A DNA stretch of 34,233 nt, from the NCBI GenBank assembly GCA_046497485.1, contig JAWOFP010000042.1, positions 1-34,233 of the forward strand. Direction: 5' to 3'. Below are positions 1 to 7,262 of the stretch, piece by piece. The notes beneath the pieces are model-generated. The model ran no database searches. It was not told the DNA's origin and saw nothing but the letters and a program-made list of their open reading frames with translations. The position numbers and the translations under genes were made by a program. The DNA is from Candidatus Nanohaloarchaea archaeon. Its GTDB lineage: Archaea > Nanohalarchaeota > Nanosalinia > Nanosalinales > Nanosalinaceae. Within the stretch, counting starts at the first letter, position 1, and each line of letters opens with the position of its first letter.

Positions 1-108
1 CTGCGGTAGACCCATCTCTTTGTAAGCCAGGAAACAAACTGCTACAACCAGAGAAGACGCGATGAAAGCCTGTAAGTCTTTAACAGTTGGATGCAGAGGC
101 GACCTCAT
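1..108 (-). CDS. N-terminus of a membrane protein, truncated by the window edge
   Basis: Manual translation from ATG at 108: MRSPLHPTVKDLQAFIASSLVVAVCFLAYKEMGLPQ, open to the edge, with a hydrophobic segment. Not in the ORF track. Confidence 0.55.
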   Translation of the reverse strand, partial: MRSPLHPTVKDLQAFIASSLVVAVCFLAYKEMGLPQ

Positions 109-141
109 AACCTTAATTGATGGAAGCTGCCTTTTAGCTTT

Positions 142-621
142 TCAGGTAAACATCTCAACAATATTATCCGAAAAGTTGTATTCTCCTGAGATCCTGGAGA
201 CCTGTGGGAAGTCATCGAACTCATCGATATGGATCCCTTTCTGACCTGCAGAATAACGCCTCCAGACTTCTTCCCATGGAACCATGTAAGCCTTTCTAGG
301 CCTTCCACGACCCCTCCTCAACTCAACTGCTAGATAGCCTTTACGGCCAGAACGGTTTACGAAATCCGTGATTCGCTCAACTTGATGGCCGTTGTCGCTG
401 ACTGAGAAATGCTGGGAAAAGTAGAGCTTGTTAGTGCTTGAGGCCTTCACCGACTTGTTCTCAATCGCCAAGTAGAAAGTTTCATGAGGTGAATCCACCA
501 GTACATCGCATAGCTGGCTGGAAAACCGGTGCTGCTTCTTTCTATGTGCTATTCCTTCAATCTCTTCATCCTGGAAAAACTGGTTGAATGAATTTACTAA
601 GGCCCTTTCAAAATCAGTCAT
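142..621 (-). CDS. Holliday junction resolvase-like PD-(D/E)XK nuclease
   Basis: Likely start is MTDFER at 621; the ORF-track extension overlaps the upstream gene. Motifs FE...D-VLVD...LAIENKS match the E...D...ExK nuclease pattern. Confidence 0.7.
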   Translation of the reverse strand: MTDFERALVNSFNQFFQDEEIEGIAHRKKQHRFSSQLCDVLVDSPHETFYLAIENKSVKASSTNKLYFSQHFSVSDNGHQVERITDFVNRSGRKGYLAVELRRGRGRPRKAYMVPWEEVWRRYSAGQKGIHIDEFDDFPQVSRISGEYNFSDNIVEMFT

Positions 622-653
622 AATTACAGTATAACATCCTGCAGTAATAAAAT

Positions 654-1391
654 TTAGAAACTTCCAAGGCCTTTCTGCTCCGGACGCTTCAAGACTTTTC
701 CAGAAGTCATCGCCATCGCGACTCTTCCATTTGAGATTATCTGGCCTTTCACACACTGAATCTCGCCTTCTAAAAGGCCTGAACGAGTAAACTCTCCCTC
801 AATCAAAGGATAATCGGTCAATTCCTGTACATCAATTACTTCAGCGTGCCGGTCCTTACCCTTCATAATCTCCGATAAATTTTCCTCAGGTCTGCTAAGC
901 TTGTTCTCTTTCCTGATTCTCTGACTGATATTATCAGTTGTTAACTGATCCTCAATATCAAGAGCTTCATTGGATGTCAGGCCTGATTCGATCTCCGCTG
1001 CGTAATCTGATCCCTGCTCTACCCAGCGCTTCGGAATATTCTCTGATCGAGTAACTCCCACCTTGAACTTATCGCCGATCTGAGCGTAGTAGACTGAGAA
1101 CTCTCCTTCTAATGTGTTTTGTGCGCCTCTAACATAATCGGAGTAAATATCTTTTCCCCGACATTCTGGACATTGAGAACCTGAATCTATCTCCCTAAAT
1201 TCTGGGCAGATAGTTCTTTCACCCGGCGAATGAGCATAACCAGTACATCTCCTTTCATTTTTTAGTTCATAAGAAATACTTCTACCTTGTTGAAGGCCTC
1301 GTTTCTCAAAACCGTTTTTCGTCGCGAGTAACAGGTTAGCCTTCCAGCGTTGATTGCTTCGGCTCCACTGGACTTTGACTATCGATTTCAT
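654..1391 (-). CDS. DUF2797 family protein (Zn-ribbon plus GIY-YIG-like segment)
   Basis: C..G...CP...QCPEC zinc ligands, VYYAQ...KVGVTR...RWVEQG and KGQII motifs recognised as typical of DUF2797. Confidence 0.75.
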   Translation of the reverse strand: MKSIVKVQWSRSNQRWKANLLLATKNGFEKRGLQQGRSISYELKNERRCTGYAHSPGERTICPEFREIDSGSQCPECRGKDIYSDYVRGAQNTLEGEFSVYYAQIGDKFKVGVTRSENIPKRWVEQGSDYAAEIESGLTSNEALDIEDQLTTDNISQRIRKENKLSRPEENLSEIMKGKDRHAEVIDVQELTDYPLIEGEFTRSGLLEGEIQCVKGQIISNGRVAMAMTSGKVLKRPEQKGLGSF

Positions 1392-1986
1392 CTTTTCTTT
1401 CCTCTAAACCTTTTTGATGTGCGGCACCCACAACCACTAGAATATCTTTCCCAGGATTTTCGTCCGCTACTTTCTCTAAGGCCTTGAACATGTAAATATC
1501 TCTCTCCTCTAAGACGGCTTGATAGATTTCTGGGAAACTTTCAGCAAACTTTTCCTTCATACCTTCCAGCATTTCTCCTTCCGGAATCTCGGTATAATCA
1601 AACTTGGTTCCAAAGATAGAAAGTGGAAGCATCATTAAGGCCTTAACTTTCTCCTTTCTCCTCACTGCATTTAGCCGGCCCATAGTCTCTCGAATATCTC
1701 TATCAATTAGATAAATTTCTTTCTCCGTTTTACTGGCTCTATTGTATGCGTGAAGCATCTCCTCACCAGGCATAACACCAGTCTTGCTTCCGATATATTT
1801 CTGAAACTTTGCTAGAAGAGAATAAGCCAAGTTATCAGGACTGTCTCTCTCTCCTGTAATCAAGGCATTCAACCGGCCCATATCAAGTTCAAGACAAACA
1901 ACATCAGGATCAAACTCTTCAAAGGCCTGATCAATTCTTTCTATGCTTTTCTGAGAAACATGCGAAGTCCCGATTATCTTAATCAA
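1336..1986 (-). CDS. TraB/PrgY/GumN family protein
   Basis: GTSHVS, PDVVCLELD..R, GVMPGEEM, LIDRDI, ERD and VVGAAH motifs; TTG start. Confidence 0.85.
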   Translation of the reverse strand: MIKIIGTSHVSQKSIERIDQAFEEFDPDVVCLELDMGRLNALITGERDSPDNLAYSLLAKFQKYIGSKTGVMPGEEMLHAYNRASKTEKEIYLIDRDIRETMGRLNAVRRKEKVKALMMLPLSIFGTKFDYTEIPEGEMLEGMKEKFAESFPEIYQAVLEERDIYMFKALEKVADENPGKDILVVVGAAHQKGLEERKDEIDSQSPVEPKQSTLEG

Positions 1987-2023
1987 TATTCTTCAATCCC
2001 CTTTTTCTATGAGTAAAAATAGT

Positions 2024-2303
2024 GAGGCCTTTCTCCCGCGGTCGGGAGAGTCTCCAGGCTGAGCATCTCCGAAGCTACCTCAGATCCGCCACCCCTCGAA
2101 CATGCCACAGACCGCTTAAGGCTGCTCCCGTCAAGGCCTGACCTGATTCACAACCTGCGACATCCCGAGGGACGGATCATCAACAGTAGCTTCAAAGCCT
2201 CTTCCCTGAAAGCTCAACCTTCCACGGAATAACTAGGGATTCCCTGCTTACGAGGATTACAGGGCAACAGCCGACCTCGAACCGGCCAATCCAACAAGGC
2301 CTC
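2024..2303 (-). ncRNA. ffs: Signal recognition particle (7S/SRP) RNA
   Basis: Terminal helix GAGGCCUU/AAGGCCUC; Alu domain with UGUAA motif and complementary loops CGAGG/CCUCG; long helix 5; helix 8 AGGU-CAGG-CCU-UGAC-GGG-AGCA-GCCU; TTTTAAC box about 25 nt upstream. Confidence 0.93.
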
Positions 2304-2360
2304 AAAAAGAAATTAAGCTGGAAATGTTAAAAGAAGGAAGGCCTTAGAATCTGGAATTAA

Positions 2361-3569
2361 TTAACCATAGTATTCAATAATAATTTCTCCGCTTCCAGGA
2401 CTTGATCCTCCAGTAACCGTTTGACCTGAAGGTTCTAACGAAGCTATCCCTAATTCTTGGCCTGCGTTCTCACCATCTATTTCACTTGAAGTCGAATTTC
2501 CCCCCCATCCTCCAAATCCTGTACCGTCTCCAGAATCCCCATTTGCACCAACGCCACCTAAACCCCCAGGACCTCCACGAGCACCACCACCGCCTCCATA
2601 TCTTTTATTTCCATAATCCCAATTAGCACCTCCTCCAGCATCTGCTGCAGCAACTAGCTCTCCAGTATCATTTATAACTATCTCTGTAGATCCACCACCG
2701 CCTCCACTATCATCATATGTTGCTCCCCCACTAAATCTACCAAACCCCGAATCTGAGCCAGTAGGGGTTTCTCCCACCCATATACTCAATTGAGAGTTAG
2801 TTGATACATCTGCTTTTGCATTAGTAATATAGCCACCAGATCCGCCTACACCCGGATTATTATCGCTAGTAGAATCAGCTCCATCTGCGCCGTGCATTTC
2901 AACAATTCTGATCTCCTCTACTTCATTGGAGAAGCCATTATTTAGATCAACCTGATAACCATCACTTCCAGCAGTAGACTCATTAACCTGAACATCTCCT
3001 GAATCATCGTATGTATAATTTACTGTTTGCATCAACGACAAACTTCCTCCACCACCCCCATCATCAATCGATTGATGATCATCTTCAGGCAGGCCTTCAA
3101 AGCTACCAGAATCAGTTAATTCTAAAGAACCAGACACAGTACCGCTTACAGACAAATTAGAAAGACCTCCAGAATCATAAACAATCTCAACATTCAATTC
3201 ATTACTGGAACCAGTTCTAGACAGATTAGGCAACTCAAAAACCTTAGAACTACCAACTCCTATTCGATTTTCCCCTGTAAACTCCTTATAAACCCATTTG
3301 CCAGTACCAGGATCAGAAACATTAACCCGAGAAACCATAATTTCACTTCCAGAAGCCCCTCTCATCTCTAGGCCTAATTCATCTTCTGAAGAAACACCAA
3401 AGTTATCAATTTGAACATCACTACCAGAAAAACCAGAAGTAGAATCAACACTCTGATTCCCAACAGTCGCAAAAATTGCTCCACCAACTACAGCAACAAC
3501 CAACAACATCCAACCATAAGTCATCAAATACTCAATCGCAGACTGACCGGAAAGACCTCTATAACTCAT
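2361..3569 (-). CDS. Class III signal-peptide (pilin-like) surface protein with C-terminal glycine-rich domain
   Basis: SG|QSAIEYLMTYGWMLLVVAVVGG prepilin-type leader, Ser/Gly-rich beta region, and GxxG/GGGGGS..AGGG repeats. Confidence 0.8.
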   Translation of the reverse strand: MSYRGLSGQSAIEYLMTYGWMLLVVAVVGGAIFATVGNQSVDSTSGFSGSDVQIDNFGVSSEDELGLEMRGASGSEIMVSRVNVSDPGTGKWVYKEFTGENRIGVGSSKVFELPNLSRTGSSNELNVEIVYDSGGLSNLSVSGTVSGSLELTDSGSFEGLPEDDHQSIDDGGGGGSLSLMQTVNYTYDDSGDVQVNESTAGSDGYQVDLNNGFSNEVEEIRIVEMHGADGADSTSDNNPGVGGSGGYITNAKADVSTNSQLSIWVGETPTGSDSGFGRFSGGATYDDSGGGGGSTEIVINDTGELVAAADAGGGANWDYGNKRYGGGGGARGGPGGLGGVGANGDSGDGTGFGGWGGNSTSSEIDGENAGQELGIASLEPSGQTVTGGSSPGSGEIIIEYYG

Positions 3570-3650
3570 AAATAATGGTTTTTTTTGGCTTTATATTAGG
3601 GTTGGATTCCAAAAGATTCTTAAGATTTAAGCAATAACATATTATTAGTT

Positions 3651-3872
3651 ATGACCACTACCGTGGATTTGCCTGATAAAGTTGAAGAAGCCTTGAAGGA
3701 GAAGGTTGAGAGCGGAGAGTATACTAGTAAGTCCGATTTTGTGAAAGAAGCCGTCAGGACTCATCTTGACAAGATTTTACTGGCTCCAAAGGATGTTGCT
3801 GATAGAGCTGAGGAAGTTAGGAATGGCGAGGTTGAAACGGTTGAATGGGAGAATGTTTCCGAAGAGATGTAA
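3651..3872 (+). CDS. Ribbon-helix-helix (CopG/ParD-like) antitoxin
   Basis: TVDLP....L...VESGEY.SKSDFVKEAVR pattern; directly upstream of a RelE-like ORF; ATAAC-N9-GTTAT inverted repeat overlaps the start (3634-3652). Confidence 0.8.
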   Translation: MTTTVDLPDKVEEALKEKVESGEYTSKSDFVKEAVRTHLDKILLAPKDVADRAEEVRNGEVETVEWENVSEEM

Positions 3873-3878
3873 GTACTA

Positions 3879-4184
3879 ATGGATTACGAAGTTCATAAGT
3901 CAGCTGTTGAAGAATTTCAGAGTTTACCTGATAAATTTAGTAAAGTGATTAGAAGTGCAGTTGAATCAAGGAAAAGCAGAGATAATCCTATAACCGAGCA
4001 GAGAGGTACAGGAATAGCCTATGACAATCACGGTGAACCGATCCACTACTTCAAAGTAGAAGAAAAAGGCCTAAACTATAGAGTATTTTTTAATATCAAA
4101 AATCAGAAAGTTATTCTCCTAGGAGCTAGGCCTAGAGATGACGACACTTACCTGAATCTTAGAGAGTTTACTAGGAAAATTTGA
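3879..4184 (+). CDS. RelE/ParE-family toxin
   Basis: YEVHKSAVEEFQSLP...NYRVFF...KVILLGARPR pattern, 101 aa, 6 nt after the RHH gene. Confidence 0.72.
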   Translation: MDYEVHKSAVEEFQSLPDKFSKVIRSAVESRKSRDNPITEQRGTGIAYDNHGEPIHYFKVEEKGLNYRVFFNIKNQKVILLGARPRDDDTYLNLREFTRKI

Positions 4185-4185
4185 A

Positions 4186-4992
4186 TTATATCTCGAATTC
4201 CATTCCTCTTTCTGCGACTTTGAAGCCTCTTTCCTCTAACTCTTGTCTTTCTTCGCTGTCAGGCCTGAGCGCTGGGTTGGTGTGGTTGAGGTGTGTGAAG
4301 ATTATTTCTGTATCCCAGTCTTCTGCTTTATGCATTGTTTCTTTCATGACTGGATGCGGTACTTCGTGGTACCGGTCGATTTCTTCTTCGTTCCAGAAGG
4401 TCCCGTCAATTATCGCGATGTCGGCTTCTTCGACTGATTCAAGCGTTTCTTCGCTCCATGCGTGGATATCACTCATGTAGAATAGTTTTTTGTCTTCTCC
4501 GTGAATCATGAAGCTGAGTGAGTCTGTGTTCACTCCTGTATGTGTTGTTTCTCTGGCCTCTATTTTTGCGCCTTGGATTTCCTGAGTATGTCCATCGTTG
4601 AATTCTCTGAGCTCGATATTATTTTTGTCAAGAAGTAGTCTGAATGGATCATTGTTCTGGAGATAGTGCTCAGTCTTATCTGTTACATAAACTGGTACCA
4701 TATCCGCATCCAGCGCTTCTTCTCCAAGATGTAGTAGGCCTGTAATATGTCCCAAGTGCCCATGTGAAATAAAGACTCCGTCAATGTATTCTCCATCAAT
4801 CTGGTATCGGATGTCAGGGGTTGCGTCGATTAAGTATCTTGTTGAGTTTTCTGAATCATTAGTTTTCACCATGACGGACGCGTTGTATCTTTGTTTTCTT
4901 GGATCCTCTCTCGCTGCTTCACATATATCGCAGTCGCAGCCTAGATGAGGTACTCCTCCGTCTTGAACTGTTCCTAGAACTTCTACTTTCAT
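4186..4992 (-). CDS. MBL-fold metallo-hydrolase, PqqB-like
   Basis: LGT.QDGG.PH.GC.C..C, LIDATPD, SHGHLGH, DGTF, HP and HLNHTNP motifs. Confidence 0.85.
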   Translation of the reverse strand: MKVEVLGTVQDGGVPHLGCDCDICEAAREDPRKQRYNASVMVKTNDSENSTRYLIDATPDIRYQIDGEYIDGVFISHGHLGHITGLLHLGEEALDADMVPVYVTDKTEHYLQNNDPFRLLLDKNNIELREFNDGHTQEIQGAKIEARETTHTGVNTDSLSFMIHGEDKKLFYMSDIHAWSEETLESVEEADIAIIDGTFWNEEEIDRYHEVPHPVMKETMHKAEDWDTEIIFTHLNHTNPALRPDSEERQELEERGFKVAERGMEFEI

Positions 4993-5070
4993 TCATGTAA
5001 CCCCCTTGAATCGGATAATTCCTATTGGTGAGATAAATGATAAAAACCCTCTCCGTGCCTATGGGACTGA

Positions 5071-5077
5071 TATAAAA
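5071..5077 (+). promoter_or_regulatory. TATA box of tRNA-Cys
   Basis: TATAAAA about 26 nt upstream of the tRNA 5' end. Confidence 0.6.
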
Positions 5078-5102
5078 CTTGGAGGCCTCAAACTCTATAC
5101 AA

Positions 5103-5175
5103 GCCGGGATGACAGAGCGGCCTTATGTGATCGCCTGCAAAGCGATTTACCCGGGTTCAAATCCCGGTCCCGGCT
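5103..5175 (+). tRNA. tRNA-Cys (GCA), integration target
   Basis: Cloverleaf: acceptor GCCGGGA/TCCCGGC, anticodon arm ATCGC-CTGCAAA-GCGAT, T arm CCGGG-TTCAAAT-CCCGG, discriminator U; no intron and no encoded CCA. Confidence 0.97.
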
Positions 5176-5176
5176 T
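5163..5176 (+). repeat. attL core CCCGGTCCCGGCTT (tRNA 3' end)
   Basis: Identical to 13587-13600. Confidence 0.92.
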
Positions 5177-5208
5177 ATTCATATTAACCTATTATGCCTG
5201 TGACTTTT

Positions 5209-5225
5209 AAGGCGGAGTCTTCTTT
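5209..5225 (+). promoter_or_regulatory. Element operator-like box, copy 1 (AAGGCGGAGTCTTCTTT), upstream of integrase
   Basis: Overlaps TTTTAA (5205-5210); one of four near-identical copies. Confidence 0.7.
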
Positions 5226-5252
5226 GGTAGCCATTACTAGAGGCTACAAAAA

Positions 5253-6506
5253 ATGGGAATACACAACAAGAAAGACAGAATTAAATCGAGACTCCAAAAA
5301 GTCAAACACTCTGAAAACCTCTCAGAATCAGATAAGGACTACTTCCAGGAGGTCCACAAATGGTTGAAAAAAGGAAGTAGAAGCGATAGCAGGGTAGAAA
5401 GATACCTAAGCAGCTTACATTCTATATTAAGGTACCACGATTTCGATCTTCAGCCTTTAACTCAAGAAAAGTTCGATGAGATTCTTTTCTCAATAGAAAA
5501 CAGCGATTACAAGAAACGCGGTCAAGGCGAATATAGCCCTGCTACAAAGGCAGAGTACCGCAAGTTAATGAAAAGACTTTGTATAAAAGAAGATTCTGAG
5601 CATATCTTGCCTAAAGATAACCAAGGAAATATAGATTTCAAGACTCATGTATCGAAGAGCGAAATGAAGAAGACTAGGCCTGATCAGCTTCCTTCAGTAG
5701 AGGATTCTAAGAAAATCGCACAGAAAATTGAGGAGCAGAGTTCTGAAGGAACTGTTCTCAGAAATCTTTCATTATTCTATGTTATTTATGAATCAGGAGC
5801 TCGTATAGGGGAAGTGCTTGAAATCCGTAAAAGAGATGTAGAAATCCTTGATGAGAAAAGTATCAAGATCTACATTACAGGAAACAAAGATTCAAATGAC
5901 AGAGAAAACTTGTTTGTAGTTTCAGCACCTATTCTCAAAAGATACTTCCAAAATCATCCTGAGCCAGATAATCCTGATGCTTATCTTTTCTGTAATATTA
6001 GGCAGGATCAAGGCCGACAAATGCAGTATAAAGCAGCTAAGAAAATCTTGAATAGAGCAGGAAAGGCCGCAGATGTAGATGCTAAATTCAATCCGCATGT
6101 TTTCCGTAAGAAGCGGATCAGCTTCATGAAAGTCTATCTTAACATGAACGAGGCCTTGATTGACAAGAAGGTAGGTCATGTTCCAGGCTCGGATACAACA
6201 AGGATCTACACTAGAATTGATGATCAGGAAATGATCGATCAGTACAAACAGGCCTATGGATTGAAAGATGAGGACAAACCAAACCCTGAGAAAGTCCACT
6301 TATGGCCTCAGAGATGTGCGGAATGTGGTAAGCTTCAGTCAGGTCACCGAGACATGTGCTACTCATGCGGGAAGGTTGTCGATAAAGCAGCATTTGGAGA
6401 CATTGAAGTACACTATGATACTCCAGAGAAAGAAGAAATGATGCAGAAAGTAGAAAACCTGCTGAAAGAGAAAGGAATATTCGACAATTTGGAGGATATG
6501 AAATGA
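5253..6506 (+). CDS. int: Tyrosine recombinase/integrase with C-terminal Zn ribbon
   Basis: ESGARIGE (R), GNK (K), HVFRK (HxxR), VGH (H), RIYT (Y); C-terminal CAEC...CYSC. Confidence 0.95.
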   Translation: MGIHNKKDRIKSRLQKVKHSENLSESDKDYFQEVHKWLKKGSRSDSRVERYLSSLHSILRYHDFDLQPLTQEKFDEILFSIENSDYKKRGQGEYSPATKAEYRKLMKRLCIKEDSEHILPKDNQGNIDFKTHVSKSEMKKTRPDQLPSVEDSKKIAQKIEEQSSEGTVLRNLSLFYVIYESGARIGEVLEIRKRDVEILDEKSIKIYITGNKDSNDRENLFVVSAPILKRYFQNHPEPDNPDAYLFCNIRQDQGRQMQYKAAKKILNRAGKAADVDAKFNPHVFRKKRISFMKVYLNMNEALIDKKVGHVPGSDTTRIYTRIDDQEMIDQYKQAYGLKDEDKPNPEKVHLWPQRCAECGKLQSGHRDMCYSCGKVVDKAAFGDIEVHYDTPEKEEMMQKVENLLKEKGIFDNLEDMK

Positions 6507-6526
6507 AAATCGGGCATGTTGTTTAT

Positions 6527-6543
6527 AAGGCGGAGTCTTCTTT
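6527..6543 (+). promoter_or_regulatory. Element operator-like box, copy 2, upstream of copG-like gene
   Basis: TTTATAAGGCGGAGTCTTCTTT, ATG at 6558. Confidence 0.7.
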
Positions 6544-6557
6544 TACCGGAATAGATT

Positions 6558-6683
6558 ATGGAACTACTCGAGGTATCACTTCCCGAACCCATGAAAAAAA
6601 CACTGAAAGAGGAGTCTCAGAGGAGCGGAAGAAGTATGGCAGAGATAACCCGCTCAGCTCTCTATCAACATCTGGAGGTATAA
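6558..6683 (+). CDS. CopG-like ribbon-helix-helix repressor, 41 aa (missed by the ORF track)
   Basis: MELLEVSLPEPMKKTLKEESQRSGRSMAEITRSALYQHLEV: beta strand, helix, G-x-S, helix RHH signature; follows a TATA box. Confidence 0.85.
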   Translation: MELLEVSLPEPMKKTLKEESQRSGRSMAEITRSALYQHLEV

Positions 6684-6688
6684 TCACA

Positions 6689-6796
6689 ATGCAAGACGAT
6701 ATTCAAAGAATCAGAGAACTTGATGAAGAAAATCCTAAAATCAAAGACACACTTCCTCCGCTCTACAAACAAGTAGTAGAGCAGGTGACAGGATAG
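6689..6796 (+). CDS. Small hypothetical protein, 35 aa
   Basis: GGAGGT RBS at 6674-6679 before ATG 6689: MQDDIQRIRELDEENPKIKDTLPPLYKQVVEQVTG. Replaces ORF-track 6503..6796. Confidence 0.6.
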   Translation: MQDDIQRIRELDEENPKIKDTLPPLYKQVVEQVTG

Positions 6797-6849
6797 TAGA
6801 AAAGAAGACGGAGAGTCCAATTCTCCGTCCTCAATTAAAGTGCCTAACA

Positions 6850-7221
6850 ATGCAAACTTACAATTCCAGCTTTAATAATTCGCCTAATAGGAGGACCGAA
6901 TCCTTCTGGATAGGTGAAGAAGAGCTTAACTTTCTAGATAATTACGCTGAAAACCGCAGTAAAGCCCTGAGAGACCTTATTAAGGAAGAAAAAGAGGAAC
7001 GAGAAGACAGAGATCCTAGTTATACAATGACCAGAGAAGATCTCATTACTCATGAGTCATTCTTTCCTATCAAACAATCAGAGGAGAAGGCCTACTGCAG
7101 TCACTGCAAGGCAGGAATCCAGTTAGATGCTTGCAGGAAGTATGCGAGGATCAAGAATAGTCAATTCCTTATATGCCCGAGATGCCTAAATAGAGTCTTC
7201 ATAGAGAGAGGTGAAGAATAA
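6850..7221 (+). CDS. RHH-like plus C4 zinc-finger protein
   Basis: SFWIGEEELNFLD...NRSKALRDLI RHH-like N-terminus; CSHC...CPRC. Confidence 0.7.
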   Translation: MQTYNSSFNNSPNRRTESFWIGEEELNFLDNYAENRSKALRDLIKEEKEEREDRDPSYTMTREDLITHESFFPIKQSEEKAYCSHCKAGIQLDACRKYARIKNSQFLICPRCLNRVFIERGEE

Positions 7222-7262
7222 TCGAAGATGTATTTCTTGGATTAAACGATCCTATTCAGAAG

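Noticed and set aside
622..756. N-terminal extension of the resolvase ORF
   Set aside because: Overlaps the DUF2797 3' end; the family-like sequence begins at MTDFER (621).
4186..4992. PQQ biosynthesis pathway
   Set aside because: Only a stand-alone PqqB-like hydrolase; no pqqA/C/D/E in the window.
5006..5203. 65 aa ORF
   Set aside because: Runs across tRNA-Cys and its promoter; spurious.
6503..6796. 97 aa ORF as listed
   Set aside because: Its 5' part covers a promoter/operator and the CopG gene in another frame; only 6689-6796 has an RBS.
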